A DNA stretch of 41,675 bases from Planctomycetota bacterium (GTDB taxonomy: Bacteria; Planctomycetota; B15-G4; JADJEK01), in NCBI GenBank assembly GCA_044225365.1, contig JBGAIQ010000049.1, positions 1 to 41,675 of the forward strand. The letters are read 5' to 3'. The notes beneath the pieces were generated by a model. That model saw only the letters and a program-made list of their open reading frames with translations, searched no databases and was not told the DNA's origin. Each line of letters begins with the position of its first letter. The stretch's first letter is position 1. Below are positions 18,885 through 27,873 of the stretch, in pieces. The position numbers and the translations under genes were made by a program.

Positions 18885-19054
18885 CGGCGGTCACGGATCG
18901 CAGCCGCCGCCGCCATTCGGCGGTCACGGATCGCAGCCGCCGCCGCCGCCATTCGGCGGTCACGGATCGCAGCCGCCGCCGCCGCCATTCGGCGGTCACG
19001 GATCGCAGCCGCCGCCGCCAACTTCGGCGGTCACGGATCGCAGCCGCCGCCGCC
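18885..19054. repeat. Five tandem REP-like units (family A), 33-36 bp
   Basis: CGGCGGTCACGGATCGCAGCC(GCC)n at 18885, 18918, 18954, 18990 and 19025, immediately after the permease stop. Confidence 0.92.
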
Positions 19055-19123
19055 GGTTTCGAAGTCGACGCGTCTCGGTTCGGGCGGTGACCGCGGGTGC
19101 GCGCGCGGGTAGTCTCAACGAGG

Positions 19124-21490
19124 ATGTCGACCCGCACACGATTCGTTGCCGCGATGGTGGCGCTGCTCGCTTCGGCCGCGGCGTTCGTCGCGATTCCGAA
19201 TCGACTGTTCGATCGGATCGTGGAACATGGGATCGACGCTCGGACGAACTTCCGCGTGCGAATCGAAGGCGCTCGGGTTCGCGGAGCGTTCGATCGAATC
19301 GACTTCGACCGGATCGCGATCTCCAGGCCGGTCGGAACAGGGGAGGATCTGGGAGAGGTGCGCTCCGGCCAGCTCATCGCGGAATCGGGCGGCAGGTTTT
19401 CCCTGATCGCGGCGAGCGCCGAGTTCCGCGTCCTCCACGCGGCGAACGGCGATTCCTTGCTGGATGGCCTCCTCTCCAACGACGCGGCCGTGCGATCGAT
19501 GAAATCGATCGCCATCGAGTCGCTCGCCATTCGCCTCGACGACAAGACCCAAGCGATCGGCGCCTGGCTTCGCGATGGGCGCCTTCGATTCAGGGACGAC
19601 GGCTCGACGATCCTCGACTTCGCCGCGCATTACGAATCCGGTAGCAAGAGCGCTCCCCTCGAGCTGCACTTCGAGCGCACGAGCGCGTCTCTCGCAGCTC
19701 ACCTCTCGGCGCACGGAATCGACCTCGCTCCACTCTCACCGCTGTTCGCGGCATTCTGCGGCGGTTTCCAGGGGGCCGGACAGATCGATGTCGAACTCGA
19801 CGCCACCGCGGATCTCGCGCGCCGACACTTCGCTCTCGCCGGCGAAGGCACCGTCGCTGGCCTCGCGCTCGTGATCCCCACGCTCTCCCCCGCTGCCTCA
19901 TTCGGCGAGCGCCTCGTGAAGATCCACGGCGGCATCGACCTCGACCTCACTGCGAGGAAGATCGTTGCGCAGTCGTTCGCGCTCGAGAGCGAGTTCATCT
20001 ACGCCACGGCCAATGGCTCGAACATCGGGGGAGCTTCTGCTCCGTCTCCGGCACCGCCGCTCTCCGCCACGCTCAGCGTCAACCTCGACCGCGGCGCGCT
20101 CGCCTACGGTCCGTTGCTCGACCGCCTGTTCCCCGCCGCACACGCGCGCGGCCTCGTCGAGTTCCATCTCGATCCCCTCGAGAACGGCTTCGATCAGGTG
20201 AAGATCGAGACCGAGCGCCTCGTCGTCGACTTCAAGGATCACGCGAGCCTTCGCCTCTTCGACAACCGGATCGAAGGCCGGATCGATGCCACCCCCGACC
20301 GGATCGAGGTGAGGAGCGCTCGCTTCGCGAACGCAGTCTTCGACGTGCGCGGCGACTGCACCCTCGCGACTCCGGCCGCCAGTGAGCCGACGCTCACCGC
20401 AAGCCTCGAAGGCACGATCCAGACTCAGCGCGTACCCGATCCGATCAGTGCGTATTTCGGCGCGCTGCCCCTGCAGATGAACGGCGAACTCCACTTCAAG
20501 ACCGCGATCGATCGCACGCCGGAGGAGACCCGCGGAACACTGTCCTTCGACACCGTCGATACCGCGATCCGCTACGACGACATGCGCAATGGCCATGGCG
20601 ATGTCTTCGACTTCCGCGGCGAACCGATGCACGGCGAGGTCACCTTCGCTCTGCCGCGACACTCTCGCGCGATCGCAAAGGACCTTCGAATCGACGCGAA
20701 GATCGCGGCCGCCAAGGCGATCGTCCTCCGCGACGAACTCACCGACCTCGAACTCCCGGTCCGACTCGAGAATGCCCATCTCGTACTCGGTCCGTGGCAC
20801 GCGGGCCTCTTCGGGGGCGCCGCGGAAGGGCGCGTCGAGATCGCTCAACTCGGCACCGACTCACCCACCGTGAGCGCACGGCTCGCAACGCAGGACTCCG
20901 AACTGAAGCTCTTCTCCGCCGTGATCACGGCGCTCGCGACAGGAGTGACCGTCGCACCTCTCGCACCGTTCCGCACCACGGCGACGAATCGCGTACGCGG
21001 CCAGATCGATGTCACGGGTCGGGGCAATAGCCTCAGCGACGTCCTCGCTTCGCTCGACGGTTCAGGAGTCGTCGACGTCGGCCCGGGCATCATCACGGGC
21101 GCCCCGGTCCTCGATCGCTTCTTCGCGGACTCGAACGACTCGCAGAAGGGCCATTCCATCGATCGACTGCACAGCGAATTCGTGATCGCCGACGGAACAC
21201 TTCACGCCGATTCCGTCGAATTGCTCGCCGGCCAGCGCTCCTTGCGCTTGCGGGGCGAGACGACCGCGGGCGGGTTCGTCGCCTTCGTCATCGATCCGGC
21301 CGACTGGTTTCCTCCCGAACTCGGATCTCGTCTGAACTCGCTGAGGACCAAATTGCGGGGCGATTCGATCCGCATCGAAGGGCGATTCGATTCCCCGCGC
21401 CTGCATCTTCCGGATTGCGCTGCCTGGCGAACGGCAAGTGACGCCGAACTCGAGCGACTCGTCGCGGAGTTCGAAAAGAGCGAACGCTGA
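19124..21490 (+). CDS. AsmA-like (repeating beta-groove) envelope protein
   Basis: N-terminal TM anchor and a long beta-rich body. The C-terminus (LFGGAAEG, LASLDGSG..DVGPGII.G, FVIADG.LH, IRIEGRFDSPRL) resembles AsmA C-terminal regions. Start 19097 or 19124. Confidence 0.7.
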   Translation: MSTRTRFVAAMVALLASAAAFVAIPNRLFDRIVEHGIDARTNFRVRIEGARVRGAFDRIDFDRIAISRPVGTGEDLGEVRSGQLIAESGGRFSLIAASAEFRVLHAANGDSLLDGLLSNDAAVRSMKSIAIESLAIRLDDKTQAIGAWLRDGRLRFRDDGSTILDFAAHYESGSKSAPLELHFERTSASLAAHLSAHGIDLAPLSPLFAAFCGGFQGAGQIDVELDATADLARRHFALAGEGTVAGLALVIPTLSPAASFGERLVKIHGGIDLDLTARKIVAQSFALESEFIYATANGSNIGGASAPSPAPPLSATLSVNLDRGALAYGPLLDRLFPAAHARGLVEFHLDPLENGFDQVKIETERLVVDFKDHASLRLFDNRIEGRIDATPDRIEVRSARFANAVFDVRGDCTLATPAASEPTLTASLEGTIQTQRVPDPISAYFGALPLQMNGELHFKTAIDRTPEETRGTLSFDTVDTAIRYDDMRNGHGDVFDFRGEPMHGEVTFALPRHSRAIAKDLRIDAKIAAAKAIVLRDELTDLELPVRLENAHLVLGPWHAGLFGGAAEGRVEIAQLGTDSPTVSARLATQDSELKLFSAVITALATGVTVAPLAPFRTTATNRVRGQIDVTGRGNSLSDVLASLDGSGVVDVGPGIITGAPVLDRFFADSNDSQKGHSIDRLHSEFVIADGTLHADSVELLAGQRSLRLRGETTAGGFVAFVIDPADWFPPELGSRLNSLRTKLRGDSIRIEGRFDSPRLHLPDCAAWRTASDAELERLVAEFEKSER

Positions 21491-21670
21491 CCGAGAATGC
21501 ACGCGCGAACCGCGCGGCGTGCTCCGCACCAAGAATCGCGGCGATTGCCCGCTTGCCATCTTGTGGCATTTCCGAGACCGGTTACCCTAGTCGCTGAAGG
21601 AATGAACCGAAGCGGTCCGGCGCCCGCGATCGGCCTTCCATGGCTGTGGTGATCTGCTGGGGATCCTGAC

Positions 21671-22360
21671 ATGAGCGGCGAAACAACGATGGTTGTAGTC
21701 AGTCGGCTCGAGCGGCTCGCAAAGGCGATCGAGTCGACGAAACTGGACGACGGACGCGAGGGACTCCTCAAGAGCCTCTTGGCGGGCGCCGTCGACATCT
21801 CGCGTGCGTCGCGTGGCTACGCGATCTTGATGGAAGGCGACACGGTCGTCGCCGAAGCGAGTCGCACGCAAGCCGGCGACGCGTACCGCGCCGACGAGGA
21901 GACTCGAAAACTCGCCGCGCGATCGTCGCTGCGAGTGACCGGACCGGGCGCGTCGCGACGTTTCGCGATCGAGGCCCATGGCGCCAAGGCCGGCATCGCC
22001 GCTCAGATCGATGGCAAGCTCGGCGTGTCGATCATCCTCGATCGCCCCGACGCCGAGGCCGATCCCGGAGTGAGTGCGACCGCCGGCTATCTCATCACGG
22101 CCGCCGCGCTCCAGAGGGCGAGTCTGCTCGCCGCGGCCGCGCGACCCGCCATGCGCCCCACCGAGACGGCGGTTGCAGCGGGCGGCGTGGGAGCCGTCGC
22201 CTACTTGAAGACCGTCGATGAACTCGAGCGCGATGCGATCGAACTCGCGCTGCGTCAGACCAACTGGAAGAAGGACGAGGCCGCGAAGCGCCTCGGCATC
22301 TCCCGGGCGTCGATCTACATGAAGGTGAAGAAGTTCAACCTTCAGCACCCGCCCGCCTGA
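21671..22360 (+). CDS. Fis-type HTH (HTH_8) regulator with a degenerate GAF-like N-terminus
   Basis: C-terminal ELERDAIELALRQTNWKKDEAAKRLGISRASIYMKVKKFNL. N-terminal LLAGAVDISRASRGYAIL resembles a GAF start. No AAA+ motifs. Confidence 0.8.
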   Translation: MSGETTMVVVSRLERLAKAIESTKLDDGREGLLKSLLAGAVDISRASRGYAILMEGDTVVAEASRTQAGDAYRADEETRKLAARSSLRVTGPGASRRFAIEAHGAKAGIAAQIDGKLGVSIILDRPDAEADPGVSATAGYLITAAALQRASLLAAAARPAMRPTETAVAAGGVGAVAYLKTVDELERDAIELALRQTNWKKDEAAKRLGISRASIYMKVKKFNLQHPPA

Positions 22361-22381
22361 CCAACGGCCCGACCCGCTCCG

Positions 22382-23686
22382 CTATCCGCTCTTCTTGGGA
22401 TCCTTTCCGTCCGGCGTTTCGACCTTGCGCGGCGCATGGACCAGCGGCCCCTTGCGATCCTGGATCGAGTACTCCGCCTTCACCCAGGTCTCCCACCGAT
22501 CCTGAAGCTGAGGCAACGAGATGCCATAGGCTTCCTTCAATGCGTCCCGCGTCGGGATCTTGTTCTCCAGCAGTCGCGTGAGGAAGATCTTGAACGCCTT
22601 CGGGTCGTACCAGAACAGGTAATCGATGTACGACCAACCGAATTGCCGTTCGGGAACCGAGAGGCTCGAGCAATTGCGGTCGATGATGTTGGCGAGAGAG
22701 ATCGTATTGCCCGCACCCACGGCGTTGCGCACCGCGGCCTCGAACGTGTGAGTCGTCTCGATCGGGCCACCCGAGTGTTCCTGCACGCAGGAGACGCGCG
22801 GCGATCCGAACAATCGGTATTCCCAATACGCAGCGACGCCCTCGAACACCCAGCCGTGCTTGTCGTAGAGCCACCACGCGTAGGTCTTGATGTCGTGGTA
22901 GACGTGGTGCGCGACCATGTGGTCGAAGAACTGGTTGCGATCTTCGTCGGTGCGACAGAAGCGCGGATCGTCCCAGCTCACCGTCGCCGACGACTCGGTG
23001 CCGATCTTGAAGACCTTGGCGCCCCCCGAGAGATCGAGACCCGTGACGTGCGGCGCGAGCGTCTTGGCGTCGACCTGGCGCTCGAACATGACGAGGTAGT
23101 GTTTGATACGGCCGTACACCTCGGACTCGCTGATCCCGTGCAGCTCCATGATCTGAGTGCGCAGATCCTCGGCGCGCCGCATGTAGATGTGCATCGCCTT
23201 GTGCTGGTCGTACACGACCTTCTTGATCGAGATCGACGGGATCGCGAACGTCATCCGGAAGTGCGCGGTCTCGCAATGCATCATCTTCGTCGGACCGACC
23301 AGCTTCTCGGTCTCGCGCTGGCGATCGAGCCAGTCGCGACGAGTCTTCGCGAGTCGTTCGAATTCGTCCTGCGCCTTCTGCTTCGCCTTCACGGACTTGC
23401 AATCCGGACACGGGATCCAATCGAGACCGACGCCCACGGGATCGCCCGCGATGATCACCGAGCAGAACTGGCAGTTCTTCTCGTCCTCCTTCAGCGATGC
23501 CGCCTTGTCGTTCGCAATCTTGCCCGTCGACTTGCACTTCGAGCACAGCGGGTCGTCGGAGACGGGCTCGGCCTCGCTCGTTCCACCGAGGAAGAACGAG
23601 AGTGCGGCGGCTGCGAGGATCTCGCGCCGCGAGACGTCGGTGGACGAAGCGACGCCCGTCCCGGGCCTTTCGTTCTGCTCAGTCAT
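22382..23686 (-). CDS. Exported protein: Cys/Zn-finger N-terminus plus gluzincin-like domain (HMVAH...WVFEG)
   Basis: Tat-like SRREILAAA; CSKCKSTG, CQFC and CPDC; HxxxH-x21-E; FGWSYIDYL. Paralogue of the adjacent gene. Confidence 0.8.
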   Translation of the reverse strand: MTEQNERPGTGVASSTDVSRREILAAAALSFFLGGTSEAEPVSDDPLCSKCKSTGKIANDKAASLKEDEKNCQFCSVIIAGDPVGVGLDWIPCPDCKSVKAKQKAQDEFERLAKTRRDWLDRQRETEKLVGPTKMMHCETAHFRMTFAIPSISIKKVVYDQHKAMHIYMRRAEDLRTQIMELHGISESEVYGRIKHYLVMFERQVDAKTLAPHVTGLDLSGGAKVFKIGTESSATVSWDDPRFCRTDEDRNQFFDHMVAHHVYHDIKTYAWWLYDKHGWVFEGVAAYWEYRLFGSPRVSCVQEHSGGPIETTHTFEAAVRNAVGAGNTISLANIIDRNCSSLSVPERQFGWSYIDYLFWYDPKAFKIFLTRLLENKIPTRDALKEAYGISLPQLQDRWETWVKAEYSIQDRKGPLVHAPRKVETPDGKDPKKSG

Positions 23687-23693
23687 CGCGCGT

Positions 23694-24929
23694 TCACCTG
23701 TTGCCCTCGGGCGGCTTCTCGGGTTTGCCGGCGTCGCGGGGCGGGCGAACGCGCGGACCCTTCTGAGGAGTCATCGAATATTGCGTCTTCACGAACTCTT
23801 CCCATCCGGCGACGAATGCCGGGAGCGAGAGTCCGTATGCCCTCTGTAGGCAGTCGCGCACCGGAAGTTGCGGGCCCTTCATGTATCCGAGGAATTTCGG
23901 CATCGCCTTGGGATCGAGCCACATCAGGTAGTCGACGTAGGACCAGGCGAATTGGTGCTCCTTCGAAGTGAGGGCGTCCGCCGGTCGCTGCTGGAGTTCC
24001 TCGAACACGGGCGCCTCGTTCGCGAGGAGCGCCTTCTTCACGTTCGCCTCCCAGTTCGGACTCGTCCAGTTGACGAAGCCACCCGTCTCGCGATTGCACC
24101 AGGTGTTCGGAGGCCCGAAGTAGCGTATCTCGATGTAGTGCGAGAGCCCTTCGTGCACCCACCCATAACGCTGCTGGAGCCAGTTCCCGTATTGGTCCAT
24201 GTCGTTGTAGATGTGATGCGCGACCGTGTGCGCCACGTGCTGGTGGAAGTCGGCGTCCTCGCGGAAGTTCTTCTTGTCGCCCGCGATCACGATCTGGCAG
24301 GGATCGCCGAACTTCTGAGTTCTCGCACCATTCTGACTCGTGAGCTGCATCGAGAGGTTGATGGCGGTCTTCTCCGACTCGCAGAGATAGACGTAGCGCT
24401 TCGACGGATGGAGGCTTCCAGACGAGAGACCGTGGATCTCGAGGATGTTCGCGTACAGCTCCTCGAGTCGATCGGCATAGAGATGCGCCGCGGCGTGCGT
24501 CTTGTAGACGACCTGGCCCACCTTCACGGTCGGCAGATCGAACGCGAGCACGAAGTGCGCGGTCCGGATGTGAACGAACGGATGGCCCGCGACCTTGTCG
24601 ACCGTCTTCACCCGTTCGTCGAGCCACGAGCGACGTTGCAGGGTGTCGGACTCGATCTCGGTCTTCGCGGATTCGTTGTACGAACGTCCCGCGCACTTGG
24701 GGCACACCAGCTCATCGCCCCCGAGCGCCGCCTTGTCCTTGTTCATCGACTCCGAGCAGTAGATGACCTTCTGCTCCAAAGGATCGGCGCTCGCTCGCAG
24801 CTTGTTCTCGATCCTCCCCGTCGACTTGCACGTTCCGCACAAGGGCTCGTCGTCCCGCGCATCGGACGCGGCTCTTGCGACGAGGAGTCCGCACGCGAGA
24901 GCAAGTGGGACGAATACGAGGATGCGCAT
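23694..24929 (-). CDS. Exported protein: Cys/Zn-finger N-terminus plus gluzincin-like domain (HTVAH...WVHEG)
   Basis: Sec-type signal; CGTCKSTG and CPKC; HxxxH-x21-E; FAWSYVDYL. GAGGTG RBS. Confidence 0.8.
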   Translation of the reverse strand: MRILVFVPLALACGLLVARAASDARDDEPLCGTCKSTGRIENKLRASADPLEQKVIYCSESMNKDKAALGGDELVCPKCAGRSYNESAKTEIESDTLQRRSWLDERVKTVDKVAGHPFVHIRTAHFVLAFDLPTVKVGQVVYKTHAAAHLYADRLEELYANILEIHGLSSGSLHPSKRYVYLCESEKTAINLSMQLTSQNGARTQKFGDPCQIVIAGDKKNFREDADFHQHVAHTVAHHIYNDMDQYGNWLQQRYGWVHEGLSHYIEIRYFGPPNTWCNRETGGFVNWTSPNWEANVKKALLANEAPVFEELQQRPADALTSKEHQFAWSYVDYLMWLDPKAMPKFLGYMKGPQLPVRDCLQRAYGLSLPAFVAGWEEFVKTQYSMTPQKGPRVRPPRDAGKPEKPPEGNR

Positions 24930-24933
24930 CGAA

Positions 24934-26208
24934 TCACCTCACTCGCTGGGACACGGGCGCTTTCTCGACGACGATACGGCCGTTCTTCACGACCGTCCTC
25001 ACGAGTTGGCTGCCGAGTTCGTAGCCGAGGAACAGATACGACGGTCGATCGAGGACGACCAGATCTGCCTGCTTGCCGACCTCGATCGATCCGACTCGAT
25101 CCGAGATCCCGAGCGACCACGCGGCATTGATGGTCGCGGCGGCGAGCGCTTCGGCTACCGTGATACGAAAGACATCGCAGGCGAGTGCGATGCAAAACGG
25201 CATCGAACTCGTGTACGACGTGCCGGGATTGAAGTCCGTCGCAACGGCGATCGCGACTCCGCGATCGATCATCGTGCGCACCGGCGGAATCGCCTTGAGC
25301 CCGAGCGAGAGCACCGTCCCGGGCAGCAGGACGCCGCACGTCGAGGACTCGGCGAGCGCGGCGATCGCGCCCTCGTCGACCCGACAGAGATGATCCGCGG
25401 ATTCGGCGCCGAGCTCGACCGCGAGTTCGGTCGCTCCGAGACGCTTCAGCTCATCGGCATGAACTCGCAATGCGAATCCCTGGGCCTTGGCAGCGACGAG
25501 CAGTCGGCGCGATTCCTCCACCGTGTAGGCGCCGTCGTCGCAGAAGACGTCGCAGGCGCGCGCGAGCCCGCGGCGCTTCACCTCGGGCAGCACTTCCTCG
25601 ATCAAGAGCCGCAGGTAGCCGTCGCGATCGTGCTGCCATTCCTTCGGCATCTGATGGGCGCCGAGGAACGTCGCGAGCACCTCGACGGCATGCTGCTCAC
25701 CGGCCCGCCGCAGGATCTCGAGCGAGCGCAGCTCGTCCTCACGCGTCAGCCCGTAGCCCGATTTGGCTTCGATCGTCGTCGTGCCGTTCTCGAGGAACCG
25801 GTCGAAGTGGGACTTCGTGAGTGCCTCGAGGGAATCGTCGGGCATCGCCCGCAGCGATCGAACGGAGGAGAAGATGCCGCCGCCCTGCGCGGTGATCTCC
25901 TGGTAGGTCGCGCCGCGCAGGCGCATGTCGAACTCGCGCTCGCGGGTCGCCGCGAAGACGGGATGCGTGTGAGCATCGACGAAACCCGGGACGATGCAGC
26001 CCCCCGTCGTGTCGAGGACTCGTTCGGGCACGAACCGTTCGCGCAGCCGATCGCCCGAATCGACACCAACGATCCTGCCCTTCGTGATCGCGACCGCCGC
26101 ATTCTCGAGCACTCCCGGGGCGTCGAGATCCTTGCGTCGCCTCGGCGCAGGTCCGGCGAGAGTCACGACTTGCGATGCATGGTCGAGAAGGAGGTCGCAG
26201 GGTTCCAT
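24934..26208 (-). CDS. hutI: Imidazolonepropionase
   Basis: PGFVDAHTHPVF, GGGIFSSVR, GTTTIEAKSGYGL, TFLGAH, HADEL, SADHL and ATDFNPGTS. Start at ATG 26208 preferred. Confidence 0.92.
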   Translation of the reverse strand: MEPCDLLLDHASQVVTLAGPAPRRRKDLDAPGVLENAAVAITKGRIVGVDSGDRLRERFVPERVLDTTGGCIVPGFVDAHTHPVFAATREREFDMRLRGATYQEITAQGGGIFSSVRSLRAMPDDSLEALTKSHFDRFLENGTTTIEAKSGYGLTREDELRSLEILRRAGEQHAVEVLATFLGAHQMPKEWQHDRDGYLRLLIEEVLPEVKRRGLARACDVFCDDGAYTVEESRRLLVAAKAQGFALRVHADELKRLGATELAVELGAESADHLCRVDEGAIAALAESSTCGVLLPGTVLSLGLKAIPPVRTMIDRGVAIAVATDFNPGTSYTSSMPFCIALACDVFRITVAEALAAATINAAWSLGISDRVGSIEVGKQADLVVLDRPSYLFLGYELGSQLVRTVVKNGRIVVEKAPVSQRVR

Positions 26209-26306
26209 CGTCCGCCAGTCTACCGGAGCGCGCGCGATCCGGCGTCGCGCTGGTTCCATTCAAGTCGAATACCTCGTGTGCTCGATGAGACTCTGTACGA
26301 AAGTTC

Positions 26307-27809
26307 GTGCTGCGCACGCAGACTCGGAGTCCTAGGGCCTTGGCGGGATCGTTCCAACCCGACTTGACGACGCGCGTCTTCCGCATGCTGGTTCCGGCCA
26401 GCCTCGCCGGAGGGATCGTCGCGCTCTACCCCGCGATCGCGGACAGCGTGGTCGCCAAGTTCGGCCCCGGCTTCCGACCCGGACTCGTTGCGATCTACGT
26501 CGCGACGCTGGTGCTACTCTTCCTCGCCGATGCCGCCCTGCGCGACAAGCGCCAGAGCTGGCTCGCTCGCGTCGCCGCGCAGGCCGAGAAGCGCGCCGAG
26601 GGCGAGATGCAACGGTCGCGCGAACTCTGCCTGATGCTGGACCTCGCTTCCGCTCTCGAGGGCGACGAACGACTCGAATCGGCCCTGCTCTCCGCGCTCG
26701 AACGGTTGCGCGTCGACGTGCCCTTCAACTTCGCGGCCGTGTTCGCGGCGGAAGGCGATGGACCGGGATTGCATCGCCGCGGGATCTGTCCGTTGACGAT
26801 GCAGCTCCCCGAACGGCTCGCCGACCAACTGACGAGATTGACCGGCGAAGGCGAGAACGGCCTCTACAGGCTCGAATCGCAGGAACCGACGATAGCCGTG
26901 TCGCTCCGCACCGGCGGCACGCAGATCGGCTTCCTGGTGGTCGAGGGCGCGGACGTCGCGAACGAAGTCGTGACGCGCCGTCTGCGGGCGGCGGCCGATC
27001 GCCTCGCGGCGGCGATGGCGACCCGCAGACTCATCTCGGATCTCCACTCCAAGGAGAAGTCCCTCCGCCTCGCGTGGCGCGAACTGCGGATGTCGGGCCA
27101 ACGCGTCGCCCGCTCGACGGCACGCGCGGAGACGGCGGCTCTCGCCGAACGTTGCGGGGACACGCTGCTCGAGCCCCTTCGCGAGGCGCGCACGGAGTTG
27201 CGCCAGCTCCGCCGCAGTCTCACGGCGAGCGACGTGGCCGATCCCCGACTCGATCGCATCGAGAAACGCCTCGGCGAGATCGAGCGCCGCACGCTCGACC
27301 TGATCGCGAGCAGTCGATTCGACGAGCCGACCAAATCGATCGACCTCAACGAGGTCGTCGTCGCGGCCGTCGACCTCGTCGCTCCGGAACTGACGCGAGC
27401 TCGGGTGGAAGTGCGAATGCGGCTCGACCCCGCGCTCGACAAGATCGTCGCGGCCGAAGGTCCCCTCCATCACGTGCTCGTCCGCGTCCTGCGGCGATTG
27501 CGTGCCGAGCTGCGACATACCCCCGGTCCCCGCCGCCTCGAAATCGAGACGGCGGCTGCGGGCGCGGGTGCCAGGATCCTACTGAAGGCGAATTCGGCCG
27601 GCGTGACGCGCCCCGACGGAAGTCGAAAGTCGATCCCCGGAGAAGACATCAATTTCAATAATGCACACGAGTTACAACAGAAACCACAGACCGCATGGCG
27701 AGTCCTGGTGCGCGCGGCGCGTCTCAAGATGCGACGCGAGTCGAGGGTCGGCGACGGCGTTGCGTACTCCCTGACGCTGAACGCCGTGAAAGAGCCGGGC
27801 CTGCTATAA
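26307..27809 (+). CDS. Membrane-anchored GAF plus degenerate histidine-kinase-like protein
   Basis: Two TM helices, a GAF-like region, a coiled coil, then IDLNEVVVAAVDLV..LDPALDKI..LHHVLVRVL (HisKA-HATPase linker-like). Canonical H, N and G boxes are absent. Start uncertain (26307, or a later TTG/ATG near 26365-26385). Confidence 0.7.
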   Translation: MLRTQTRSPRALAGSFQPDLTTRVFRMLVPASLAGGIVALYPAIADSVVAKFGPGFRPGLVAIYVATLVLLFLADAALRDKRQSWLARVAAQAEKRAEGEMQRSRELCLMLDLASALEGDERLESALLSALERLRVDVPFNFAAVFAAEGDGPGLHRRGICPLTMQLPERLADQLTRLTGEGENGLYRLESQEPTIAVSLRTGGTQIGFLVVEGADVANEVVTRRLRAAADRLAAAMATRRLISDLHSKEKSLRLAWRELRMSGQRVARSTARAETAALAERCGDTLLEPLREARTELRQLRRSLTASDVADPRLDRIEKRLGEIERRTLDLIASSRFDEPTKSIDLNEVVVAAVDLVAPELTRARVEVRMRLDPALDKIVAAEGPLHHVLVRVLRRLRAELRHTPGPRRLEIETAAAGAGARILLKANSAGVTRPDGSRKSIPGEDINFNNAHELQQKPQTAWRVLVRAARLKMRRESRVGDGVAYSLTLNAVKEPGLL

Positions 27810-27810
27810 T
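27802..27810 (+). promoter_or_regulatory. Perfect extended -10 promoter TGcTATAAT
   Basis: Consensus TGnTATAAT overlapping the upstream stop, 64-76 nt before the CorC/hemolysin gene start. Rare by chance in GC-rich DNA. Confidence 0.6.
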
Positions 27811-27873
27811 GCGCCGCGCTTCGGGTTCGAGCCCGTTGCGAGTCGCGCGGGCCGGCGTCCCCGCCGCAGTCCC

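Noticed and set aside
18885-19054. Possible CRISPR array (also considered for 1-145, 3431-3549 and 31217-31311)
   Set aside because: Units are directly tandem or have spacers far below CRISPR length, and there are no cas genes or leader.
21491-21670. Sigma54 -24/-12 promoter upstream of the Fis-HTH gene
   Set aside because: TGGCA occurs on both strands but without a correctly spaced TTGC/TGC -12 element.
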